From the human T2T-CHM13v2.0 reference genome, Homo sapiens: a stretch of DNA of 64,000 bases. Shown here piece after piece: positions 51,783 through 64,000 of this stretch. The notes below the pieces were generated by a model that saw only the letters and a list, made by a program, of their open reading frames with translations, did no database searches and had not been told where the DNA came from. The stretch lies in the NCBI RefSeq assembly GCF_009914755.1, contig NC_060935.1. One strand, 5' to 3'. How positions within the stretch are numbered: the stretch's first letter is position 1; each line of letters begins with the position of its first letter. The position numbers and the translations under genes are program-made.

Positions 51783-52340
51783 TAATTACAGTCCAAGTAA
51801 ATTCAATTCTACCTAAAAAAAAAATCTTCACAACTTTACACAATTCTAAGACAAATTTTTTGAATGATTGCCCAACATGCTAGATTTAAGGAAAATTTTA
51901 GTTTCTAGGACTACTGTCCGATAGACTTATTCAAGAACCAAAAAACTGCCTGTCAATTTCAAAAGGACCGTAGAATTCAACTAATTCTATCTCTCAAATC
52001 TGCAATCTTCAACTTCCCTTGGGTATATAATAATAATAATAGCTAAGAGCTTTTAATGATCTTGTGCCAGCCACTGTTCGCAGTGTTTTGTCTGATTTCA
52101 CTCATGTAGTCCTAGTAATGAGACCAGGGTAGATACCACTATTATCAAAATTAACATTATTTTATATGAGAAGAAAGTTAGGCCTAGAGAATTTGTCCAG
52201 GATCATCTACTTAGTAACTGGGAATAGCATCAGAATAACCAGCTATTCCCAGTTACGAGGTAGATGACCTTGGAAAAATTATAGCAAAGGAGTAGCCTGT
52301 GTGCATTCCCAAGCCCACATATCTAAACTGTTTATATTAA

Positions 52341-52642
<302 letters not shown>

Positions 52643-53119
52643 TTATGTTAAACTGTTTCTGTGAGGCAAGATTATGCAGTATTTCCCTTCATTCCACTTC
52701 TGATGAAAAAAAGTTCAAGATATCACAAGATATCTAGTATGATTTTTGGCATGTATAATTGTTACAAAAATTATTTTCCCTCACTTTGAACTTATAGTTT
52801 TTGAATACCACTAATTTGTATAGGTTTACCCTCTGCAAAATTGTAATGTTCTATCTTTATTTTTTTTTTCTCAACCCAGTTGTCCTTTAAGATTTTAAAT
52901 CACCTATCAACATTCCCTTAAGCTTTTTATTCAGGCCAAATTTTCTCAGTAACTTCAATAGTTTCCCTGTGGAGAAAGCACCAAAACCTTTAGTAATATA
53001 AATGGTGTATAGTTAATCCTGAAAATATAATACCTATTTGTCTTCATTTATGTTTTGTTGTGTCCAATGCAACCCGAAATTATAATTCTTTAAAGATTTA
53101 AAAAAACATACGGGTGTCT

Positions 53120-53490
53120 ATCACCATAGATCAGGTTACGCTGCAGTGTAACCACCCTCTGCCAAATCTCAGTCACTTAATACATTAAAGTGTATCTTTT
53201 TTGAGTTACCTATTCAGCGTAAGTGGGAAGAGGGCTCTGATCATCATAGTTACTCAGAAGGGAAAAGGTTCAGGAGGCACCATGTGAACACCTGCTTCCA
53301 TGATTAATGGGACAGGTAGAAATAAGTGCAGCATAGTCTTGCACTGGTAGTTCAAACTTCCTCCTTGGATATGACACATATATACACACATGCACACACA
53401 CACATTATTTATTCAAATGCATTAACCAAAGAACATTACATGGTCCTGGCTAACCACAAAGAGGGTCTGAGAAGCAGTCTTTTCATAATA
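53120..53490 (-). mobile_element. Old MLT1I/J-like LTR
   Basis: aggttacgctgcagt, aaatctcagtcactta, catagttactcag, tacatggtcctggctaac. Confidence 0.55.
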
Positions 53491-54616
53491 ACTGAAAGGA
53501 AGAAGAGAAATAAAATAACAAATATAAAGAAAGCAATATTATCTGACATCAGAATATGTCAGACAATATTTCAATACAAATACCTCTTTAATGATTTCCA
53601 AAGTGTGGAAAGTGTCCTGTTTACAAACATTTACATCCTATCATTATATTTCTTTTAATCTATTGCCCCCAGTGAGCTGAACACCCCCATTTATACCACT
53701 GAATGTTACATCAGTATTGATGACAGCCATACCACTGTATCCCTCTTAGTTACCTACCTGAGAAATCTACAAACTCAGATGCCTTTCAGATTGCTGTTCT
53801 CCAATCTTTTCCAAGAGAAATGATGAGAGATAGTTGAAATCAAGATAAAATAAATCTATACAAGTTTTCTGATTTAAAGACTATATTAAAGTTACAGGAA
53901 GAAAGGAAATGAGACAAGGAATCATCACACACTGCCTTACCACATATGCCATATTGCATTGTGATCAACACCAAGTGAAGAGAAAAGCAAACTTTTTCTG
54001 GGAATGACAGTTCCTTTCTTCCAAATCTGAAATACATTACAAAATCCACTTACAGGAAAATAGGATTTGCCGAATGTTACTCAGCCCTTCCCTACGCAGT
54101 CTGTTAGCAATATACCTAACTAAAATTGCAGGGAATCAATGAGCTTTCCATATGACACCACTCACATTGGCAGTACTGAAGCCCGTCTTACATCTGAGAG
54201 AATTACTATGGCTAGAACCTGGTGTATGACTCAAAAGAAAGATTTAAAAAGAAGTCTGGCTCTCTGATTAAGGAATAAAAATATAAATTTGGGAGATGGG
54301 TTTATATCTTAAAGGCAAATATCAAAGCAAGTATTGTATTTTTTAAATTATATTTTATATAAGGGGACTATTTCATTTTAATTAAATCTCTGAACCAATC
54401 ACAACATAAAAAGCAAATAAAATACAGATTTCATTTTGATATTAAAAGTACTTAGATATTTTTGAATATTAAAATATTGTTTTTTAAACTGTGATCTGTG
54501 GACCACCTTTACCAGAATTGCCTGGAGAATTTGTTTAAAGTGCAGACCTCAAAGTCTCACCTTCAAATTACAACATCCCTAGGAAAGATGTCTTCATGCT
54601 AATGTTAAAAATATTA

Positions 54617-54931
<315 letters not shown>

Positions 54932-56043
54932 CTATTTTAGGAGGAAGAGGAGTTGAAACTATAGTAAAACAATTTTTAGAAACATGGGTATTATAGTGAT
55001 AATAATCCTTCAGCGAATTTTTGTAAGGTTTGAATGACATCCTATCTGTAAAGCACTTACAATGGCACCATACAATCTCAATAAATGTTTAGGGCTTTCT
55101 AAAATGTTCTCCAGATGATTAGGACTGGTGTTCTGTTGCAAGACCCAAAATTGTCATAAAGCCTACTGTTGATGAGATGAAGAGACTCAGAGGCAGATAT
55201 TTCATCAATTTTGTCAGGGATGTGGGGAAAATAAAAATGAAGCTTGAAGATTTCACTCAGAAGGAAGTAAGCTGTGTACACCTATGAATGCATCTTTTCT
55301 TGAATCTTCCCTGCTTCTTGTGCATTTCTTTTCTTGGAATGGATTTAGTAATATTTGGGGATTTTACACTTGTATCATATATTTAAAATAGAGTTTTGAT
55401 TTCTCAATTTAAAAGCACATGCATAGTGTATAGTTTGAAAAATCATTTATGTAGCTTAGATAAATTTTTGTTAATGGTGATGTCTTAAGTTCATGTTGAG
55501 TGAAAACCATAACACAGTATGTTATATAACTGAAGCAAGGATTATTTTTTGCCTGGTTATAAGATTTAAAAAATATAATGTATACTGGGTGTTAAATTCC
55601 TCAAAAGAAATCACTTTTGCCTAAGAAGAGTGTTTTCCTTTCTTTTTTTAAAAACTGGGTAAAAGTGAGGGAAGAAATGGAGGAAGGCAAAAACATCATG
55701 CTTCATGCAAAATGTATATTAAGCTTGTGAATGATTCTTGACAAAATAAATACTTTAATCCACTTTTAAACACTTTTAAGGTGAGTTATTGAAAACTCAC
55801 TTTTGTTAGAATCCAGTCTGTGCCATGACTATGCTTAGCTTTACTGGAAGTTGCTAAGGAATTCTAATTTCTATGCCTAAAATAAATATGTTCAATATTT
55901 CACTTTATTTGCAGTATTTCTTGAACTACTGTTATGTTTTAGGCATTGTCTCATTCTTAATTTATTATCCTATGGAATAGGGGTAATAACAATTGTCTCC
56001 CAAAACTATGTTTCACTTATAAGGAAAAATTATTGTCCTTATA

Positions 56044-56050
56044 GTTTTTT

Positions 56051-56095
<45 letters not shown>

Positions 56096-56197
56096 AAGAC
56101 ATATTTCGTTACCTCCACTACATTTTCATGCATTTTTAGATCTTCACTGCAAAAACAACAACAACAACAACAACAACAACAAAACAACAACAACAGC
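56044..56197. repeat. T12(GT)n and (CAA)n microsatellites
   Basis: Direct observation at about 56044-56092 and 56150-56197. Confidence 0.95.
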
Positions 56198-56329
56198 AAA
56201 AGATTCTGTTAGGAATGTTTAGTCAGAGCTCCAGATACAAAACGCAACTGTATGCCCAATTTTTAGTATATGCATTTTCTCACAAGCAGTTCATGGTTTT
56301 ACTCAAACTTTTATAATGCTAGACCCTGG

Positions 56330-57050
56330 TGGCGATGAGAGGGGAGGATGGGAGGAGGAAGAGGAGCAGAAAAGATAACTATTAGGTACTGGGCTTAATA
56401 CATGGGTGATGAAATAATAGGTACAACAACCCCTGTGACATGTGTTTACTTATGTAACAAACTGTGATGGTTAATATGGAGTGTCAACTTGATTGAATTG
56501 AAGGATGCAAAGCATTGTTCTTGGGTGTGTCTGTGAGGGTGTTGCCAAAGGAGATTAACATTTGAGTCAGTGGAATGGGAGAGGCAGACCCACCTCAATC
56601 TTGGTGGGCGCCATCTAATCAGCTGCCAGCACAGCTAGAATAAAGCAGGCAGAAGAAGATGAAAAGAGCAGACCTGATTTGCTTTCAGAAAGTCATCCTT
56701 CTCCATTGCTGGATACTTCGTGCCCTTGAACATTGGGCTCGAAGTTCTTCAGCATTTGGACTTTTGGACTTACACCAGTGGTTTGCCAGGGGCTCTCAGG
56801 CCTTTGGCTACAGACTGAAGGCTGCACTGTCAGCATCCCTAATTTTGAGGTTTTGGGACTCAAACTGTTTTCCTTGCTCCTCAGCTTGCAGACAGCCTAT
56901 TGTGGGACTTCACCTTATGATCACGTGAGTCAATACTCCTAATTAAACCCCCTGCATATATACATCTATCCTATTAGTCTTGTCCCTCTTGAGAACCCTA
57001 ATACACAAACCTTCACATGTGGCCCCAAAATGAAGATAAAAGTTAAAAAT
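56330..57050 (+). mobile_element. Old L1PA 3' terminal fragment split by MLT2A
   Basis: aactattaggtactgggcttaatacatgggtgatgaaataat...tatgtaacaaac joins to cttcacatgtggcccc. Confidence 0.8.
56463..57005 (+). mobile_element. MLT2A (MLT2A2-length) HERV-L solo LTR
   Basis: tgtgatggttaatat...gtcaacttgattg start and gagaaccctaataca end; 5-bp TSD CAAAC at 56458-56462 and 57006-57010. Confidence 0.92.
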
Positions 57051-58094
57051 ATAAAAAATTTTAAAATGCTTTGTGATTCACAAAAGTTAAGAATGAGTGA
57101 TGTAGATCTGATATAGAAGTGTTTTTCCAAACAAAATTGGTTTTCTGCCATGATACACAGCAAGATACAGATTTTGCACTGTGATCCGCTATGTGAATGG
57201 GTGCACACACACAAAAGCAGAAGTTTCACAAAACAGTCCTAACATGTTGCAGTGCACTCTGATAAATTTCTATTGTACGTGTTAAGAAAAAGGGCTAACT
57301 CTGTCCTGCACAGTTTTGCATCTCAATACCTATAACTCCCGATACTCTATCACAATTAGAAGAAGCCTGGTAGGCAATATAGAAATCTCTTATATATCAT
57401 GGCATTCCTGACATCATCACATTCTTGTAGATTACACTGTCAATCATAACATGTATCTAGGGCAAGAAACCTATTCCTTACAGTGGCTTTATTGATGAGC
57501 CGAGTCCAGTAACTATTTATGAGCCTCAGAGGCCAAGTGGAGGCTGAGATACAGGAGACTGAGGATTTAATTGGGTCAAACGTGGTATAGCTCATTAAAT
57601 CCCATTCTCTCTCTTTATATTTTAACATATTCTAGGGAGAAGGCAGCCCACCTTTTTCATGGTCTTGGTATCATAATTATTATTTTTAATTAAGAAAAGT
57701 TAAGGCTAATCTCCCTTGAGTTTCCAATTACAATGTAGTTGGTGTGTCGCCGTCTGTCAGAGAGCAGCGTGAGCCTTGGAGGAGCAGCCAGCAGCTTCCT
57801 GGTGGGACTGCAGCAGCCCTGAGAACAAATGCTGAAAACACAACTTTCTACCTTCCTTTGATATGTTAGTGTACCAATATGTGATTTATTTTTGTTTTAT
57901 CCTTTACCATTTGTTTTTCTTTTCATCAATGAATTCAATTTGGCAGAAACCCAAGTGTACAAATAAACTTCCCCAATGTAGGAAACATAGATATTTAATA
58001 TTAAATCTACTTCTACTACTCCAAATTATTTGCTATGCCTCAGGGCCTGAGCTAAGTGCTTTATGTTTGTGAACACCATCAGGAGGAATGTTAG

Positions 58095-58460
58095 TGATAT
58101 GGTTTGGCTGTGTCCCCACCCAAATCTCATCTTGAATTGGAGCTCTCATGATCCCCACGTGTCATGGGAGGGACCCCGTGGGAGGTAATTGAATCATGGG
58201 GGTAGGTTTGTCTCGTGCTGTTCTCATGAAAGTGAATAAGTGTCATGAGATCTGATGGTTTTAAAAAGGGCGATTCCCCTGCACACACTCTCTTGCCTGC
58301 TGCTATGTAAGACGTATCTTTGCTCCTCCTTTTCACCTTCCACCATGATTGTGAGGGCTCCCCAGCCATGATGAAATGTGAGTCCATTAAACCTCTTTTC
58401 CTTTATAAATTACCCAGTCTCAGGTATTTCTTCATAACAGTATGAAAATGGACTAATACA
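58095..58460 (+). mobile_element. THE1C/D-like MaLR solo LTR
   Basis: tgatatggtttggctgtgtccccacccaaatctcatcttgaattg start and aatggactaataca end. Confidence 0.92.
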
Positions 58461-59284
58461 ATCAGTATTCATAAAGTCTTATTTTTCATGCTTCACCCTT
58501 TGTAGGCACCATGTCCTGGCCTTTCACAGGTAGTTCCCTGTGAATGTCTCTGGGAGGCCCTAGAGAATGTCTCCTGTGTGCACAGAAGCAAATAAATTGC
58601 TGCAGGTACCCCTACTACTCTGCCACATTGATATTATCTTTCCTGTGGGCTAACTTCCCCTTTTCTTGTTATCCCTCCAAGTATTACAATCTCTATAGGC
58701 ATGTGTGGAAGAACACACTGCAAAGGCAGTAAAAATCACTTCAGTCCCTGCTGGAGGAGTGCTCCCCCTCCCAATACTTTCTTTGAGGTGTGTCCAAAAG
58801 GAGTGTTCTTTGTGCCTCACTGTCTAAAAAATTAGCAGAATCTTTGTTTTGAGTTTTATTTAGAATCCTGTCTCCCCTAGGTCCTCTCTGAGTGTGTATA
58901 TGTGTGTGTGTGCGTGTCTGTGTGTGTGTATGTGTACCTAGCGTGGGTTAAGGGCATACTCCAGACAAAGCCACCACACTCCACCCAGGCCAACACTGCT
59001 CTGTCAACACGCTCCTTACTGAGTTGCTAATCTTTCTCTTCCCTTTTCTCAGGTAGCTTGAGTTAGTTCTCTTCGTAGGCATGACCCACTGACTCTACTG
59101 AACATAGCCATCTGTAGAACTCCCAACACTCTTTCAGATTATAGGGTGTTTTCTAACCACCAGCAAGCCTCCTATTTGAGGTTTTTCACAAGGGACTCTG
59201 CAGTCGTGACATAAAGGACATGTCTCTCTCAGATCTGTCTTCTTCCCCAGGTTGTCAAATGTTTCTGAGTACCTCTCAGACTCA

Positions 59285-59480
59285 AGCCAGGCTCTCATTT
59301 CATGGATATTTTCTCATGTAATCTTCTGAATCATCTTGTGGTTTGGACATTTTATCCTCATTTTAAGGTTGGGAAAACTGAGTCCCATAAGTTTCAAGTG
59401 ACTTATCCAATGAAAATTCACACGTGAGTGTTAAGATGTGAATTGAGGTTTGCCTCCAAGCCCAAATGTGCTTTAAATAT
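59285..59480 (-). mobile_element. MIR SINE
   Basis: tatcctcattttaagg...gaaaactgag...aagtgacttatccaa. Confidence 0.7.
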
Positions 59481-60184
59481 AATGCCCCATTTAATAAGAC
59501 TGAAAAATAGTATGTGTTTCTGGAATAATAAAAGCAAACAAGCACTATTTGCTTTATTTCTTAAATGTCATTGGCCTATTTAACTTCTGGGTGCTTGGGG
59601 GAATATTTTCTTCAAGACTCATTGGTAACTCATGATAGAAAAGAATATGCTAACTTTCTAAATTATATTTGCTGTTTTCCCTAACTGGCTCTGTGACTCT
59701 GCCCCTTCCCTTAACAGCTGTACTTCTTGGCATTCTATTCATACTCCAAAGAATCTCAAATCTATATCCTCTGCTAAGATCTCCCTCCTGAGCTCAAGAC
59801 CAAAATTTCTAGCTACCTAATAGGCATATCCATGTGGAGACACAGATGTGCATCAAATTTAATATGTTGAGGACTGTGCTTACTATCTCTTCTTTTTGCA
59901 ATATGTTGCGTCCCATAGTACCAGATTTGATTAATGTCACCAGTCACTTAACTACAAAATGTAACCATGATCCAAACATCTCTAATCCTTCTTTTCCCTC
60001 AGCTTTCACTTCCAATCAGTCTCCACATTGTGGTGTTTTTCAAATATGTCTCCCTTTCTTTATATTCATGATTACTGCCTTAGTTTCAGTCTCTGATTCC
60101 TTACTCCTTGCGATTTCTTTTCCAAATTGGCATTTATAATAAAGCAAATCTAGTTACACCCATTCTCTCATTATGTCCACTTAA

Positions 60185-60935
60185 AGTTCTCAAAGGGTGC
60201 AATCCTACCCATTAATGTGAGTTTTGGAAATGTGGAGCTTTTTTGTTGTCATAGTGATGGCAGACTCTACTGACATTTAATGGGCAGGGCTGATAGAAGT
60301 TTCACAGTGCGTGGACAATTCCACATGAGGAGGAATTGTGCCAATGGTGCAGGACTCTAGAAAACCCACTGAACACTGAGCACGTGGAAAGCAGACATAT
60401 CATTATCTAACACTGGACCTTCATTCTATTTTACATGAAAACATCAAATTGCACCCTGTACCTGAATTTTCCAGAAGGTTAATACCTGAGAGAAATAGAG
60501 AAAATCAAACTTTGTTGGTTTGGAACTTGGCCAAGAAGGGTTCACCATTTAGGCAAATTGTATCCATGCAATCATGCAGGCAGTACTGATGGAGTCACCA
60601 ATGCAACACATCTGTATCAGTATGCATTTGCAACTGTTACATTCATGAGTCTGGGTAGAGGGAAGAGCTTCTTACTATTTACTTCCTTATTGTAACTGTG
60701 CAGGAGGATTTATATATTGAAATACATATCTTTTTTGTTACAAATTACCATCCCTCATTTGAATTCTCATTACTGTTGTGAGCACTATTTTGTTTTTTTC
60801 TTTTTTGTTTTGTTTTGTTTTAATTATCTGTGTCAATAGATTATATTATCAATGAGTCTAAATTGAAAACATTAAGGAAAGTGTTACAATTTTTCTTTAA
60901 TTTAAATTGTTGAGTGGCTAGGGTTTAAAACTATT
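60185..60935 (+). mobile_element. MER20B-like hAT-Charlie element within L2-like sequence
   Basis: ttgttgtcatagtgatgg, ctactgacatttaatgggcaggg, cagtgcgtggacaa. Confidence 0.5.
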
Positions 60936-61047
60936 TACCCAATGTTGAATCTAATGTATCATGACATTAGATGCCGTCAACATGTAGTCCTCATTTACCT
61001 CCTTCACCCCTTCATATGAACACCCTGAATGTCTGCTCAGATGCAGA

Positions 61048-61199
61048 TTGTTTTTTCTTCTTCCTTTGAGACAGGGTCTCCCAGTCTGTCGCCCAGACTG
61101 GAGTGTAGTGGTGCAATCTTGCTCACTGCAGCCTCAGCCACCTGGGCTCAAGCCATCCTCCCACCTCAGCCTCAGCCTTCCAAGTAACTGGAACTACAG
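61048..61199 (-). mobile_element. AluJ/FRAM-like monomer fragment
   Basis: gagacagggtctc...gctcactgcagcctc...gggctcaagccatcctcccacctcagcct...gaactacag. Confidence 0.85.
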
Positions 61200-62379
61200 T
61201 GTAGTTTTAATAAGATTTTTAGTATATATGCATACGTTTTATAAGATTATAAATACATATTAATATATACTTTTAATAAGATTATAAGTATATATGTACA
61301 CTAGTCCCCAATCTTATCTTACAAGTATATATATACATTAGTCTCCAAACTTATTAAAACCCTCTGAAAGACAATAAATTTATATGTATATGTGTCTTAT
61401 ATGTCTTATATGCTTACTGTTCTCTTTGGCCTATGGCTCCGTCTGGTATTTGGCTGTTCCACATTCATTTTTCTTCCTAATGACAGCATGATTCCTCCTT
61501 GGATAAAATCTACTGGGATTATAGTAGGGAGCCTGGTACTTCCTTAGCTGAATAAGCAGAGGGTCCAACATAGTTCTACTGAAAATCTCTATCTTGAAGT
61601 CCTGAGCTGAAGAAAAAATAAACAAACACAAATCCAAAAATAATTACAGTTCATGCAATTCTCCCTCAGGCTCTGAACAAAATATGTCCATTATGAGATC
61701 CTTCTTTCCTTGAGTTATTCCTTCCTAGTCCTTCAGCATTGTCTTGCTTTTTACTCACTTTAAGCTTGTTCTTCAACTTTCTGCTGCTTCTGAGCACTTA
61801 TATCCTTCCTAAAATTTTAATTAGTATCTACTCAGAAGTTATTGATTAAAGAAACCACACTTGGCATCTGCCACCGACAAAGAAACCTAACCAATACATG
61901 TAGATTTCATAGTTTTTAATGCATGCATGAAAGGATAAATGGAAAATCACGCCAAGTATTATTTTATTAAATGTGAGTATCCTGAAGCTCACTGAGAATA
62001 ACTTGCCGCCTCCCTTCACTCACTCTGCTCCCAGCACAGTAGACATCTTGCTGTTTCTTAATACACCAATTTTATATCCAACTCAAGGCACTTGCTTTAG
62101 GTGTTTCCTCTGCCTGACAATCTTTTCACTTGGATCTTCTCATACTTTTATTCACTTCCATGGCTACAACATACAGTTGTGGGGTTTAGGCACTACACAA
62201 AGGCACTTGACAGTGAAGTCAAACGCAGGATGAAATACAGCCTAAATATTGGGCACTGACAAACGAACCCCAGGGTAGATCTACAACACAAAAAAGAAGG
62301 GACATCTTTGCTAACACACTTAAATGTACCACACGTGCTGATGGAACTATTAACTTTTGTTTGTTATCTTCTCAACATA

Positions 62380-62635
62380 CTTCCAAAGACAGACCTTGCC
62401 TGACAGCCACTCTATCTAAAATTGCCTGCACTCCCATGATAACCCCTTATTTTTATTATTGTTCAAAGTACATATTACTTCTTAACCTTATATGTATTTG
62501 TTTGTTGTTTACTATGTAAAATGTAAAATCCATTCAATGAGAGACATTCTCCATCTTGTTCACTGCCATAACCCCGGGACTTAGAACAGTACCTTTCACA
62601 GAGTCGAAGCTTAGTAAATATTTATTGAATTGTAT
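62380..62635 (+). mobile_element. L2 3' end
   Basis: atcttgttcactgc...cttagaacagtacct...gtaaatatttattgaat. Confidence 0.7.
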
Positions 62636-64000
62636 GTGTCATGTGGAATGAGGCATTTAGGATTAGAGCCCAAGTTACTAGATACCCAATTTGCCTCATT
62701 AAGCTTGATGAATAATTTCAGCAGTAATTAACAAACATATACAATTTTATAACAAGCACAAACTAGAGTTCATGTCAATTGTGTAAGCATGATACATTTA
62801 AATAATATAATACTTTAGGGTTTTTTTAAAAATAACTTTCTTCATAAGTGCCCAGCTACCACCACAAGCAAAGCAAAATCTGCAATGTGCAAGGTTTCCT
62901 AATGAAGCTCTAGGTAAGCATGCCTTTGCCACTCCAACTCTCTGAAGTTGTATATCAGGGGACCAAACCAACATATTGTGCCAGAAAGGAAACTCCTAAG
63001 AGCTTCAGCACTCGATACCGTTTGGAATGTTCAGACTAAAATACACTAAACTCTTTTCTTGCTTATGACATATTCCAACACACACACAAAAAGACTGTAG
63101 TAAAAAGTCTATTAATAATTATATTTCATAAGTTGTTTTATCCCATGAAGATGTTTTATCCTTCTTTTCAACAATGGTATCTTTCACTTGTGCGAACTTT
63201 TCTAATGTCTGATGGTTTGAACTTCGGTTCAGCATTCTATTAGCAACTTGGGGTTTGCCTCATTCTTGCATCTTTAGCAATTAACCTCAACACATTTTGG
63301 CAATTAGCAAATTTTGATTCTTCTAGTATATAAGGCATACTACATGAATAAAAAGTCCATCTCTGCTCAAAGTAGTGACTCAGAATAACTTCTTCCTATA
63401 AGCCTAGGTCTTGGGCTGAAACTATCTTTGAAATCAACAAAGCAACAGCTTCTCTTGTAAAAGTTTCTGAATTCAAGAGAAAAAAGAAGACAAAATTATG
63501 TTCATTTAAAAAAACAATGCAGATGTCTTATTCTGTTTTTGAAGGGGAAACACTTGAAAGAAGAAAACTATTACTAAGAATTGCAAATTAAGGTATTTTA
63601 TACAGAAAAAGCCAAGCTAAGCAAATGAGGATGTTTCTTTGTATTAAAAGAAAAATATTTTCTCTAAATGCTTTGTAATTGAAGAATCAAGGCATAATGT
63701 CTATTATTTTGTAATGCATCAGTCAAAATAAATTTCAAAGTAGAACACTTAGCTAAGAGGTCTTGATCTTTTTCTCCCTTAATCATACTGCATACTCAGT
63801 TTTATATTATTTTATTCTAGAATGAACTAGAATATCAGTGAAATCATTAAAAGATCAATAATAAGGCTTTCAAAATAACATGTACAGTTAGCTTTACATA
63901 TTTGCGTATTTTAGGAATTATTCATCAGATAAATTCCATCTGGCTCAAGTTTCAAGACCAGACATTCATTTATGTAATTTATGCAGGGATATGTGACCAG

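Noticed and set aside
58960-59300. Semi-open minus-strand frame (MRAWLESERYSETFDNLG...)
   Set aside because: Starts within a MIR end, has several stops, and has no clear splice sites or recognised homology

Overview
AT-rich, CpG-poor primate genomic DNA, almost certainly human because it carries an SVA_F-type element. No protein-coding gene, RNA gene or CRISPR array can be supported. The provided ORFs are mostly artefacts of Alu, SVA-VNTR, MaLR and L1 repeats. Much of the window is interspersed repeats (MIR, L2, L1M/L1P fragments, Alus, MaLR/ERVL/ERV1 solo LTRs, hAT and Tc1/mariner fossils), several in datable nested stacks. The dominant feature is a full-length SVA_F insertion (33522-36518) with a perfect 17-bp TSD, splitting an old MER96B. 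Inside its TSDs, after the SVA's own poly(A), it carries an extra 84-nt HERV-K(HML-2) LTR5 segment and a second poly(A). That segment starts at the AATAAA where SINE-R normally stops, so the insertion is an SVA/LTR5-R chimera. Secondary observations: candidate minus-strand spliced exons (possible lncRNA or decayed gene), motif-dense repeat-free stretches, and two 15-bp hairpins sharing a central 10-mer. Repeat family names come from recalled consensus sequences, not a search, and boundaries of old repeats are approximate.
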